DNA from: Azolla caroliniana
Lineage: Eukaryota; Plantae; Polypodiophyta
DNA: 64,000 bases
NCBI GenBank assembly: GCA_043228905.1
Contig: JBHGNT010000008.1
Location: 5,828,001-5,892,000, forward strand
Direction: 5' to 3'
Shown: piece by piece, positions 47,601 to 60,066 of the stretch
Numbering within the stretch: position 1 is the first letter of the stretch
Layout: each line of letters starts with the position of its first letter
The notes under the pieces: generated by a model
The model's database searches: none
Seen by the model: only the letters and a program-made list of their open reading frames with translations
What the model was told of the DNA's origin: nothing
Translations under genes and position numbers: made by a program

Positions 47601-49080
47601 GAAGGAACTCGGAGATGCTTGACATATTTTGGGCATGAGAATAGAGCGAGATAGATCGAAGAAGATTCTTAGGCTCTCCCAATCTAAGTATATACGAAAG
47701 GTGCTAAAGAGGTTCAACATGGATAAGTCAAAACCCACACCAACGATGCTCCCGGAGTCAATTCAACTATCATACAGAGAGTCTCCATCCGTAGATGTAG
47801 AGGCAGAGCATATGAGAAAGATCTCTTGGGCATCAATAGTAGGAAGTCTCATGTACGCAATGGTAGCCACCTAACTGGACCTTGCATATGGAAGAGGAGC
47901 TACCAACTGCTACATGTCTAACTCAGGAGAGAAGCATTGGGAAGCAGTCAAGGACATATTCTGATACCTTTGGGGAACTGAGAATATGTAGCCGTCATTA
48001 GAAATGGATCATTCGACCGAAGTCGAAGGCTTCACCGACTCCGATTATGCTAGACATCCCGATAATCAAAAGTCGACATCGGGGTATGTTTTCACCTATG
48101 GAGGTGGAGCAATTTCATGAAAGTCAAAACTCCAAGAATGTACGACACTCTCCACAACAGAGGCCAAATACATCGTCGAGTCGAAGGTAGCAAAGGAAGT
48201 TATGCGGCTGCAAAGACTACCGGCTGATTTCTCGGCCAATAGTCGAATCAACTATCCTACTCCGACCTTGCATTGTGACTCACAAAACGCAATTCACCTC
48301 GTTGGGAACCTTGTTTACCATTCGAAAACAAAGCACATAGAGGTGAGGTATCATCATATTCGGGATCTCATCACCGACAAGAAGCTCGAAGTCCAGAAGA
48401 TCGATACCAAGATGAACATCATCGTTTGCCTGACAAAGCTTCTCTTAGATCATCGCTTTAGTGCATTAATGATATAGATGCAACTATGACAAGCTACCAA
48501 GAATAGAACAACCGAAACAAAGGAAGCATGGAAAGGAGACAAGTCACAAATTTGAAAGGCTAAAAAGGCCATAGACCCTGAAAGGACCAAAGACGATCGA
48601 AGGGCCCAAAGAGTCAAAAGTTGATCGCAAGACCAATAGGCTGAAGAGCCGAAGAGCTGACAAGCAGAAGTGTTGAGTCGACCCAATTTGACCACTCTTG
48701 ATTCTTGATCTAGTTTATAGCTTGTAAAATTCCCTAATTGTATTGTAATCTAGGTTTACGGGGGAGATCACCCCTAATTTGTTGTAACAGTATGAGTAAT
48801 CCTTTTAAGGGGAATTTGTTGGACTAAAAGTCCCACTCCACCCATTTGTCTCTTTAATGTGAACCCTCCCCTCGGAGTTAAGGTTTAGTTACCCTAGCTA
48901 GGTATAAATAATAGGGAACTAAGTCTTATAATGTCATCGGTGGGATTTGAATAAAACCATCCCTCTCTTGCAAAACTGTGTAACCGTCTTTCACCCTTAT
49001 TCTTTGTATATAACTTGTTATCAATTGAACACTGTATCAATCATTTACTTGATTCAGGCTTGCTTGTTCCTTCTAACAAG
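47600..49080 (+). mobile_element. decayed copia 3' fragment (RT end, RNase H, LTR-like tail)
   Basis: SIVGSLMYAMVAT, FTDSDYA, CDSQNAIHL...HSKTKHIEVRYHHIR; TATAAATA at ~48903; right boundary approximate. Confidence 0.75.
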
Positions 49081-49134
49081 ATCCATATACATATTCAGCA
49101 TTAGTCAACCAAGGCACCATATAGTGCCATTATT

Positions 49135-49370
49135 GAGAGTCCAAAGGTTATGGGAGTCAAACGCTCCTGAGAGTCAAAAGTTTGTGGGGGTCGAACACTC
49201 CCAAGAGTCAAATGCTCATAGGAATCGAACACTCGTTAGAGTCGAAGGATCACTAGAGTAAAAAACTCCTAGAGTCAAAGGCTCGCTAGAGTCAAAAGCT
49301 CTAAGAGTCAAAGGCTCCGAGGAGTTGAAAGCTCTAAGTGTTGAATGCTTGGGGGAGTCTATTAAGAGTT
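49135..49370 (+). repeat. degenerate ~19-20-bp GAGTCAAA tandem repeat
   Basis: Repeated AGAGTCAAA(A/G)GCTC units. Confidence 0.65.
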
Positions 49371-52300
49371 TAATACTAATCAATGGACCAAAATAAAGTA
49401 AAAGAAGGAAAAAAGATTGGATAGAAGAACCCGTTCCACCCGATCACCCCCGAGCTATGATCTAGACATAGCCAACCTACCACCGACGTCCCATACCGCC
49501 GGATATTAGGATGACTAATACCTTGGAAGACATTACACGATCGTCGAGACGAAAGCCTAGCCTGTACCACCGGTGTCTAAGACAGCAACCTTCCGACATA
49601 ATGTGCTTATGATGGTAGCTAAGCCTCATACTTATACCTTTTCCTAGGTCCCATGAATAGATGTGCCTTTCTAAAAGGCTCTTCATTCATTGGTTGTCGA
49701 AATCATGATAGTGCATGCACCTATCATTCCTTCTATCTAATCACATTAGTCCCCTTTTTTAACATTAGTGAACATACCATTCACTTATGTAAATATTAGT
49801 GACCTACACCCTCACCTACGTTGTATGTACATAACATAGTCAAAAGCTCCCACAATCCGAAGGGTGCAATGTGTTCCTCTCCTTTCCTCTCTCACTCGCA
49901 TGAAGTATATTAACAATTAATGTACGAGATTAGGCTTGAAACAAGAGAGTAGCATAACAAACATAAGATTAAGGAGGGATTACGCAATCTTAAGAAAAAT
50001 GAAACCTCTTTTTAGGCCGAAAATGTTAGATTAAGAAGGAACCCTTTATAAAGTAGGGTTTACAAAGGTTTGAATGGGCTTACAATGGTGGCAACTAAAA
50101 GTTAACCACCAAATAAGAAACAAAAATAGAAGAGGGTTGAAGCTTCTAATGTTGGCGAGTCAAGTGGGCGGTCGAGACCGCAATTACCTCCGACAGCTAC
50201 GATGCCTCGAATCGGAGTAGAGTTCTTGGGCCACTCCATCCTCCCTTTGAACGACCAGTGTGCAAGCTTGCCGAACCTCTCCTTGATGCTTCCACAAAGA
50301 ATATGAGCTTGGCAACGTCGAAGAACGCGACGACCACCTAGGAAGAAGAAGAGGTCGACAAGGAGAAGCCAAGGCACGATATACCTTCACGCTAATCCTA
50401 GCTCGGGCTTCCAATGCCAAAATACAAGCACCGGAAATGAATAACCCCTTCTTCAGAATGTTGAAAACCCTAAAGCAAAAAGAGTTGAGGAAGAAAAGAA
50501 GTCAAAATATCGAAGAAGACCATGAAAAGAAACCTCCAAAGCCCCTAAATTGAAGAAAACCCAAAATGTCCCCTTTTTCCCTCCTTTTTTAGGACGACAA
50601 CACGATAAAGACTCTACCTCTACACCCTTTGAACCAAGTGAATGGATTTAAGTAGTAGGTCTTTCACTATATTTTTATATTTTCTGATATTTGCAATACT
50701 ATTGCCCCCTTTCTTTTCTCTTTTCCCCACATTTCACACATTTTTCTTTTCTTCCTTTTATCCGCACGTTTTCACATGTTCTTTTCCTCTTTTTATTTGA
50801 GTTCGCACCTTCAAGCATGCCACATCACAACAACAAGTCACACAAATACCCAATTCAACCAAACCCACAATTGAATGGATGTCTCGAGCCCAATATGCCC
50901 ACGAGGCCAAGGAACTCTTGACTCTACATATTGAACACAATGTACCTAGGAAGGGGAATTCTATGAGGCAACCTACATAGGGGTCTATGGATTCTTACCA
51001 CACAGCTTCACATCCTCCTTGGCTCATGCCCCTTGTTGTCCCGCTTGAGTAGTGCACACACGTGCGATTTACGATGAGCTCGACCGCCACATCAACTTGT
51101 CTACTTCCCACATCAGTCAACTTTATTGCCATTATTGTTGTAACCTTTTTTCCCCACTTATATATATATATATACCTTTAAACCCACCCTGTTTTGTTTT
51201 TCCCTTACACTTAAATAAACTAAATTGGCCTACCCTTTATCCCTCACCCTTCCTTTTACCTTACTAATCCATTAAGGGACAAGCCCATAGAACAATATGA
51301 ACTTACAAAATACCCTTATGACATACTAATAAACATATATCCATAGCAACCTACACAAGGATACATATTTAGACATATACACATCCTTATTTATACCCTC
51401 AAATTAACATAAACTTTCTCCCACATAAATACAGACAACTTCCCTACACTTCGACACATACATGACCATTTATATGAACACAATTCTTGAATATACATAT
51501 CTACACATAAACAATCATCCAATCGAACATATACACGCATACTCATTTCATATTCCCTTAATTACAAATCTCTCTTCTTTCACATATATGCACACGCACA
51601 AAATCAAATATGATTATTGCCATATACACATACCACATGTATTTATATAACAAGCACATAGACCGACAATATTCATACACAAGCCAATCCCATGGTCACT
51701 CTTTAATCCTTAGACATACTTAATCTAGGCACTAAATCCAATATTGTCGGGTAACTTGAAATCATCAAAACTACAACTTAAGTCCACAAGCCATCCTCTC
51801 TAGTTCAAGTTCCTAGTGATCCTGCTCACATTTCATACACATGGGCATATTTTCACGACAGGGATCCACCACCATTGTCAAAATCGTTCTGAGACGATGG
51901 TAGGAAAATTTTCAACTTTGAAATCCTACGACATAGCAAGAAAATTGTCAATGTCAAGGGACGACCCCCCTACACCGAGCCTTTGTGGATTTTATTCCAT
52001 GAAAAATCATGTGGAATACATTCCACGAAGACTCGTGGAAATCCGCCCTTCCGCAAAAGAGAAAAGAAGGAAATCATGTGCCCTCCCTCCCCCCATAATT
52101 GAGTAACATAGTGAAGGAGATGAAGGTGGTGCCTTTGCTACTGTTATCATTGTTATTGTTGACATTAACGAGTAATTTCAACATGTCAACTTCTCCTCCT
52201 ACTCCTTTCGCACTTGATTTCTAAAGAACCTAAGCCATGGGGGGGCTTTGAATTTATCAAAATACCTCTCCTACACATGAACATATACTTACAAATACAT

Positions 52301-53519
52301 TTATTCCTAAACATCGCTTATAATTTTATATACACACACACCTCTACTTGCACCTACTCAACAACATAACATATTCCCATAGTCCCATAGTCCCACACAA
52401 AAACACTCAAATATATGAAACATTAGTATTTATTTAAACATTCATTCAAACACAATATACATGTGCAAATATATATATATATATGCATTCACATTTATAT
52501 ACGAATACTCTCATTCAAATACGTACAAGCACATATGCAAGGCAATTACATAAATTCTCTAATATGCTAAGAAACTTGAACTCGCACACTTATACAAGGA
52601 CTCACATACATTCACATACTTAAAAGACTAATATCAAGGTTTATAAAGAACTTTCAAAGGAATTTGGGAGTCACTTTCGCTTGTAGCTACAAAGGTTTTT
52701 GAAGTCATCAATTCAATTGCCAGACTTGTCTTCACTGGTTCAAGTCCCTGGTGGTCTCGCTTTCATTTCACACACAGAAGATTGTGATATGTGTGGATTT
52801 GCATTTTATGTATGTATGTGCATACATATGAACATGTTGATGTGTATGTGTATGTGTATATATATGTATTTGTATGGGTATTTTTCATATGTTGATTGTG
52901 AAATGCCTGATAGATGAATCATTATATATTATTGTATAATATTGATTCCATTGCATAACAAATCTTTGCCTTAGCTCTCTTAATTGTGTCGCGTACTCAA
53001 ATGTAAAAAGTCGATCCAACACGCTCTATGGGACTGCCCAGAGACCCATTGAATATGGCGGGGGGTTGGCCGCCTATTGCAATTATGCCAAGTGCAAGGC
53101 ACAATCAACTAGAGAGATGTATGTTGGTTATCATGGTAGACCCCAGTTGACAAGTACGAACATCAAGAGGAGGGGATGACGTTGGTGATAAACGCACAAG
53201 AGATCTTGTTTTCCACCATTGACAATATCCACTCAACTCCTATTAATGTCAAAGCTCAAGTTGTGTTGGATTTGGTCAGCCCAATAACTCTTTGGATTCT
53301 CTGGAAACAATGGTGAAGATGGGTCTTTTCCAACCAAACTATTCATCAAGTAATGTTATTGCAGGAGATATGGAGTGACGTTGTAGCCACTCCAAAGAGC
53401 CAATACGATGGCCTCACGAGCAAATGCGATGGAGTCGAAAGACAACGATTAGCCTTCATCCAACAATGGTCATCCTCTCCCTTTCTATAGTTAGTGGGCC
53501 TCCATAACAATCGGCAACA

Positions 53520-53900
53520 GTTCGGTTCGGTTTGGTTTTGTTTGAGAGGGTCTAAACCGTTTAAATTTTTTGAAACCTGAACCGAACCACGAAACCGTGG
53601 AGACCTAACAATCGGCAAACCGAACCGAACCGCAAAACCACGGCTTAACAGTTTCAATGGTTTGGTTCGGTTTCAATAGTCAGAAACCACGGTTTAAACA
53701 GTTTATTTTATTTTATTTTTAAACTTTAAATTTTTAAAAAATTTGTTTTTAAACAATTCTTTCATTTTTAGACCTTATTCTCACATTTTAGGAGCATCTT
53801 AAAAAAAATTAAAAAAATTATCAATTTTAAAAAATTTTAATTTTAATTTTACATTTTTTTGATCTATGTTGAAAACCGAAACCGAACCACAAAACCAGGA
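53520..53900. repeat. AACCG/CGGTT-rich MITE-like remnant
   Basis: Clustered AACCGAACC motifs in both orientations around an AT-rich core; no TIR or TSD resolved. Confidence 0.4.
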
Positions 53901-56900
53901 ACTATCATGTCCCTACTGGGATTTGGATATAAAATTCTCATTTGTAAAATTTTATAACTAATAGGAGGTTTTTTTGGGATAAAAAACAAATCTTTGCATT
54001 AACAAACTCTCTGTAGTGATTTGTGGTGCCTTGAAACACTTATTTATTCCTCATGTCAATGATTGGTCTCGCATGGAACTAATCTTTAGATACCTCAAAC
54101 TTATTATCTAATTAAATATTTCATATAATTTCGACAATACTATTAATTGTTTTCAATGTAGGTTGAGTCACTTTGTAATTTAACACGTTGTTATAATAAT
54201 GAAGTCAATGGAACTTTATCCATTTCGTAGTCACAAAAGAGATGGTTGATGTTGGTAAAATCATTCTCCCATTGGTGCTCCTATGTGTTAAGGTAGTAGA
54301 AAAAAAGACATGGGTTAGTGTCTAAATGAATTCAACCATTAAATACTGAAATACACAATGACATAGGTATAACAAAAAGCCATATGTTCTAAGCTTATAC
54401 ATTTCCTTCTAAACCAATTCAACTAGTAAATCCTTAAATACATATAGATATCAAAATAAATGGGTATTTAAGGAATATAAACTTTGTGCCTTCTGTGTTT
54501 GTGTGTTGGGTGGGTGAGGGTCACATGGATGCAAAGTTTAATTAGGTCTATGATTGGAAGAAAGAAGTTTGGTGTCACGTCACAATGGCTCGACTTGACA
54601 CTCCTTCGTGGAGCAAGCAACTACACTTAGGTTTCAAGGCCCAATGCTCCTTCAGTAAGGAAACAACCTCTCATGTAGCGGCTATGTTGGAGTAACCCTC
54701 TTCATGCAGTTCTTTACTCAAGTTGTTCGAGTGGCAGATGCTCGAATGAGTTAGTTCCTTTGAGTAGTGCCTTCTTGAACAAATTCGTTCTTGATATGCT
54801 TAACGAAACACATGACCGACTCAAATATGGAGTATGTTCAAGTAGCAAAGACCAAGGAGAATTCTTGGGTTCCAATGTTAGAGCTACTCATCAAGTTAGA
54901 GCTACATGAGTGAGATAACAAAGGGTAAAAATTGGTATGATCTAAAGCACATAGCCACACGGTGCAAAAATTGAAGTAACGCCAACCTATGCTCCTGCGC
55001 TGAAAAAGATAGAATCATAAATCCAAAACATTGATCACAATTGTAGTTGACACAAATTCAACTGGTTTTGGGTTGTTTGTTAACCAAGTTGTTGAAAAGG
55101 GTTCATGACATTATTCTTTTTGGGGACAAAGGTTTTAATGAATGACAAAGTGGTTGTATGTTGATCAAAAGAGAGCTTGGCGAATCCTATCGGAAGTCGA
55201 GACCAACCAAGTCTATCTAACTAGGTCCAATGTGATCATTGAGACATATTGTCTAAGGTCTCCCTATCATGTGCATGATAACAAACTGTACGATACTAGA
55301 TGTAGCAATGCTAGGCAGTGTGGGTAGTGCACAAAAAATTCCTTGACCCAAAATATTGACATATATTATTCCACAATTAAGGAAAATACTGTCATATTCT
55401 TGGTGTTAACAACCCTATAAGGCTTAATATTTCCAATCTAAAATATTAATGACATGGCAAAATTCACACAAGAAACATGGTTACATTATAATTTGAGGGA
55501 ACCACCCTTTATTAAGTAGAAATGGCTAATGCCCAATGAGATTTAAATGTGAAAGGAATCCTTAGGGTTTCCAACTTGTTTAAAGTGCAAGAGTTGGCAT
55601 GTAAAAAAAATGCCTTTTGGTGGCCCCTCTTTTGGGGCCACCATTTGGATTTCCAAGTTGGAAGACTTTTTGTCGATGTCTTCATAGCAATGGCTATGTA
55701 GTAGAGCGTTAGACACTTGAAAGCATGGTTTTGAGTCCCTCCTCTCACAAAATTAGGATTAATTTGAGTGAAGTTTTGCTCCTAGTGCTCAAATTTTATG
55801 CCAAAATTCTCATCATGATCTTGAATTGCCCAATTCATGTCAAGAACACAATTTACAATCACTTTTTGAAATATGTATAGATTAAAACATCATGGTGGTT
55901 ATATTTTACATAGAGTTTAGTAAGCTTAGATAGGTGTAAAACTAAGATCTAATCTATTTTGTACAAAAGTCAACCCTTTTACATAGAGTAAGAGAGATTA
56001 AGTTAAAGAAATGTATTGAGGGGATATCCTTGTGTTTCAGCATGACAAGTCTACAATCGATGGCACGTGCCTTGGTCTAATAGGCCTCCCACGTGCCCTC
56101 ATGATTTGCTAATCCATATCTCCAAATCCTAGAAAGACAAAGATGATTAGTTTGCTCCATGGTTACACTCAAATGTGGAATGTCCAAATGAGATGTTAAG
56201 GAAAATTTGAGTGACATTTTACTTCAAGCCAATGCTCAAACCTCTTGCCAACACTATGATACATGCAAAAAACTAGATCCTAACCATAGGAGCACATGCT
56301 TATTATATGATGATCACTCTTTCTCATCATGCTAAGTCACCCAACTAGTTAAATGATTCTAGTGACAAGCCTATAGTGATCTTACCAAAACAAGCATACA
56401 AAGATCAACATCTCATGACATTGTACAAAGCGCTTGAGAAATGAGTTAGGTTATTATTGTGAAATATTTACATCTTGTTTCTTTCTTAAAACTCTTAATT
56501 GTTACTTTCACTTTTGGCCACTTATGTTGGTTGTTTGACCAATAATCACCGTCCTCTTATTCCAGTACTTATACCTACATAAAGAATGTCTATTATTCCC
56601 ATTTTTACTCCTTATGTTACACTTTTTGATCTTCCAATCATGTACACACCCATAAGATAACCAACCATTTTGTGTATTGATATTGTGGTTAATCTTGCAG
56701 ATCCCTTGAGTCTTCTACAATTCAATGAAATTGAGAGTGGGTTTTTATTTTAAGTGTTGAAGCACGAAGTGATGATTGCAAGGTAACAAAAACGTTGAAA
56801 GGTTTGAAGAAATATAAATAGTTAATGGTCATTCAAGCTAAAGCTAACGACAATCATTGCAACACAGTCAAAACCAGATTCACAAAGCAAAAGTATTTCT

Positions 56901-57766
56901 ATGTAATTGGAAATAATGCATAACAAATTAACTTGCATCATATTAGATCATTATATCTATACATCAGGTGGGAGAAGTTGATCATCACCACATTCATATA
57001 TGTTCATTTAGTTGTTCCAAATTAAATTTGAAATTTATGAATCTCATGTATTTCTTGAAATAATATCTTAAATTTAAAACAGTGGGGTTGTCTGTATTTC
57101 GTTGTTTAAAATTCTAGGGGTTGTCCAGGTTTAGTTCAACCTTTGACTTTGGATTGTATGTAAAGCATAAGGAGTCAATGCAAATAATCAAAGAAGCGCG
57201 TTCTGTTGCATCATAATATACATGTATGTCAAGATTTTTAAATCAATTAAAAGTTAGAAGTCGACCCACGAGTGTTGAGGATTTCATGATTCTCAAACTT
57301 TCAAGATGAAAATTTGGAGGTTTCAAATTTGATATTTTTTTAGTCCAAAATTGTGGTATGTGAATGAGAAGTCAACAAAATTTCGTGGTTTTCCTCTCTT
57401 GAATACATTGAAGAAGTCAACGAATGACATGAGAGTTGAGGAGGAGAGAGAATGCTGACAAATCAAATTTATGATGCCCTTTTGGGATGCCTCAATAAAT
57501 AAAAACTTGATGGAGACGAATTAAGTATGAATATAGTCTGGCCAAGCATTTATCAGACATTCGAAACAAGTATTTTGTTTGGTAACAATGATCGCAAAAG
57601 AACTGAATGGAAGCATTAACGTCAAAGACGTCGACCAAAGGAATTGGAGATGTTAAACAGATAAAGAAAGAGTTTGAGACACACAAAAGCCGACCGACCA
57701 ACTATCAGAGAGAGACATATGTCTGCTACAACAAGTACTCAAGAGAGAGAGAAAAATAACCCAAAT

Positions 57767-57870
57767 GGATGTAGCTTAGTTGGTAAGGTTGCCCGATAAG
57801 GACTAAGAGGTCATGGGTTCAACTCTTACATTCCACAATGGCATCTAAGAGATATGTATAGATGATGAAG
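57767..57870 (+). mobile_element. tRNA-derived SINE head
   Basis: A box TAGCTTAGTTGG, B box GGTTCAACTC, followed by TACATTCCACAATGGCATCT shared with the minus-strand copy at 58760-58845. Confidence 0.6.
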
Positions 57871-57984
57871 TATCTAATAAAGAGGTGAGAAAATTGGGTT
57901 TTGAACTCATAGAAGATATAGTGCTCGTAGTATAACAATTTATAACTAGGGTAATCTAATTACGATTAAAAAGGATAGATAGAT

Positions 57985-58560
57985 TGTATTATCGTCTTCG
58001 GAGGTCAAATATGACCTATGAGACCCAAAATATTACATTTCACGTGATATGTGTCAAGGTGAGTAGCAACTCTCGATGTTCAAGAACTTTACCAATGAAT
58101 GTTGCAATCGAGAGTGCACATCGTGGTTGTGAGAGAAATTCGTGCAAGGATTGGGCTCGATCGAAGAGATGTGGAAAGCATGGTCGAATATGATCAAAGG
58201 CAGAGCATTGTATCAAAGTGTGATACTCAGACTCTCGAACTTGTTTAGGGCAAAGTGTGCATAGTTGGCCACTCTCATCACTTGTGCCCCAACGCCCCAT
58301 CTCACATCTCAATGCGTGCGAGCTAAGTCACATGGAAGCAATGGTTCGAATGGCATATATCAGGATGGGCTCTAACATGTATCGTGTACAACTTCCTTGT
58401 TCCGCGAAGAATATAGTTTTGTAGTTAGGTGCAACATTTGTAGTATAATGTGTGAAGCGTGAGCCACCACATTTGTCCCATGTCATGATACATTGGCGTT
58501 GCAAAAAGGCCTCATTTACCATGTATTCAACAACCCTTTCCATGGCCATGATCTCAATGG
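57985..58560 (-). mobile_element. LINE ORF2 3' fragment (CCHC region)
   Basis: SSHALRCEMGRW...LCTLC...ESEYHTLIQC: CX2C...HX4C knuckle of non-LTR ORF2 C-termini. Confidence 0.7.
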
Positions 58561-58664
58561 GAAGCGATCCCGTCTCAAGGAGGAGGAGGGTGTAGGGCGT
58601 TTGTTTCTTAACTTGTAGAAACTTTGTAAGAAAATGTTTTTAGACATTTTCAAACTCTTTCCCT

Positions 58665-58665
<1 letters not shown>

Positions 58666-58703
<38 letters not shown>
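58666..58703. repeat. (GA)n microsatellite
   Basis: Pure GA run. Confidence 0.95.
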
Positions 58704-58707
<4 letters not shown>

Positions 58708-58759
58708 TCATCAAGGATTTTCGAAGAACCTCGTCTGATGGATATATAGATCGGGCTTG

Positions 58760-58845
58760 GAGATGCCACAATGGAATGTAGGGGTTGAACCCATGACCTC
58801 TTGAGTGCTCGTAACGTAACAATTTACCACTAGGGTAATCTAATT
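58760..58845 (-). mobile_element. tRNA-derived SINE head
   Basis: Minus strand CCCTAGTGGTAA...AAGAGGTCATGGGTTCAACCCCTACATTCC. Confidence 0.55.
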
Positions 58846-59249
58846 ACGATTAAAAGACAGAGAGAGATCATCAGGGATTGCACAATGGTGCTGAAGTGTC
58901 AACTGCTTTGTTCAATGTTAGCATCATGGGTAATAAACAGAGTGAGAGAAAGAGGTTTACTTTCTTTCTTAAACCTCGTCCAATGGATATAGTCGGGGTC
59001 GGGGTCTGCGCAGGTGTCCCGCCCACGTTATGTCCAAGAACCAAAAGCAAGCCTACCCCCGCCCATGTTAAGAACGCATTATGATCGGACAAAAAGGGTA
59101 TTTTGTGGAATTATGAGAAACCCACACCCCAAAAATAAGGACCCACAAATCCAAACAAGATCAAAATCAGTGAGGGGTATTTTTTTTTTCTTTTTTTGTG
59201 TGTGAAAATTATTAAGGAGAAAGATAAAATAAAAAAATCAGAGAAAAGA

Positions 59250-59311
59250 GAGAAGAAGAAGAAGAAGAAGAAGAAGAAGAAGAAGAAGAAAGAGGAGGAG
59301 GAAGAAGAAGA
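59250..59311. repeat. (GAA)n microsatellite upstream of the host gene
   Basis: GAA/GAG trinucleotide run. Confidence 0.95.
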
Positions 59312-60066
59312 GTACACATGCAAATTAAATGAATGGCTGACCTTTTCTCATACCTGTATTTAAGAAATTATCAAATCCAGCAGAGAAACAGGACCCCCTG
59401 TTTCAGGATGTATGGACCCTTTGGATCTCCTCCTCTTCTTCTTCTTCTTCTTCCACCTCATCATTATCACACAATACTTCTAATGGTAACCCTCCAGAAT
59501 CCGATCTTCTCCTCAAATTAAACATCCCCCCCCTCAAAAAAAGGATAAAGCCTATCGATTCCAATAGCTGATCTCAGAAGATCCATTAACAGATGATTTG
59601 ACCTTTTTTATTTTATTTTTGGGCTTCTGTTGATTTTAAAATTTTTTTTTTTGGCATCAAATCTTCCAAAGCTTAATTATCCCAAGACCAATTAACCGTG
59701 AATGAATAAATAAATGAAATAAGTTTAACGATGAAGAGAAGAAGGGAAAACCAAATCTACTGCTTAATTTGACATCTAGATCTCTTTTCTCCTTCTAATA
59801 TTCTGTAAGTTTTGATTTCAAACCTCTCTGTTTTCTTCATCTCTTTTCCACTTTGTTTTAATCCTCTTCTTTACACTCCAAAGAAATGTGGTGTTTTCAG
59901 GATCTACTTGTGCCTCCAACTGAATTTGTTTGTTTGTTTTTAGAAGAAATCAATGCATCAGAAGATTGATTAATTATTCAGTAATCTAATTTCTAGTTCC
60001 TTACTTCCTTTGGTTTTTGTTAACAGGAAGAAACTCTAGAAAGCACAGATTCTAATCGAATATTAT

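Noticed and set aside
49376-57700. Protein-coding genes among the short ORFs
   Set aside because: No recognisable domains or consistent exon chain; probably old TE debris and intergenic DNA.
57767-57840. Functional tRNA gene (also 46382-46450, 47559-47600)
   Set aside because: A and B boxes are present but the stems do not close into a cloverleaf; related copies share non-tRNA tails, as SINEs do.
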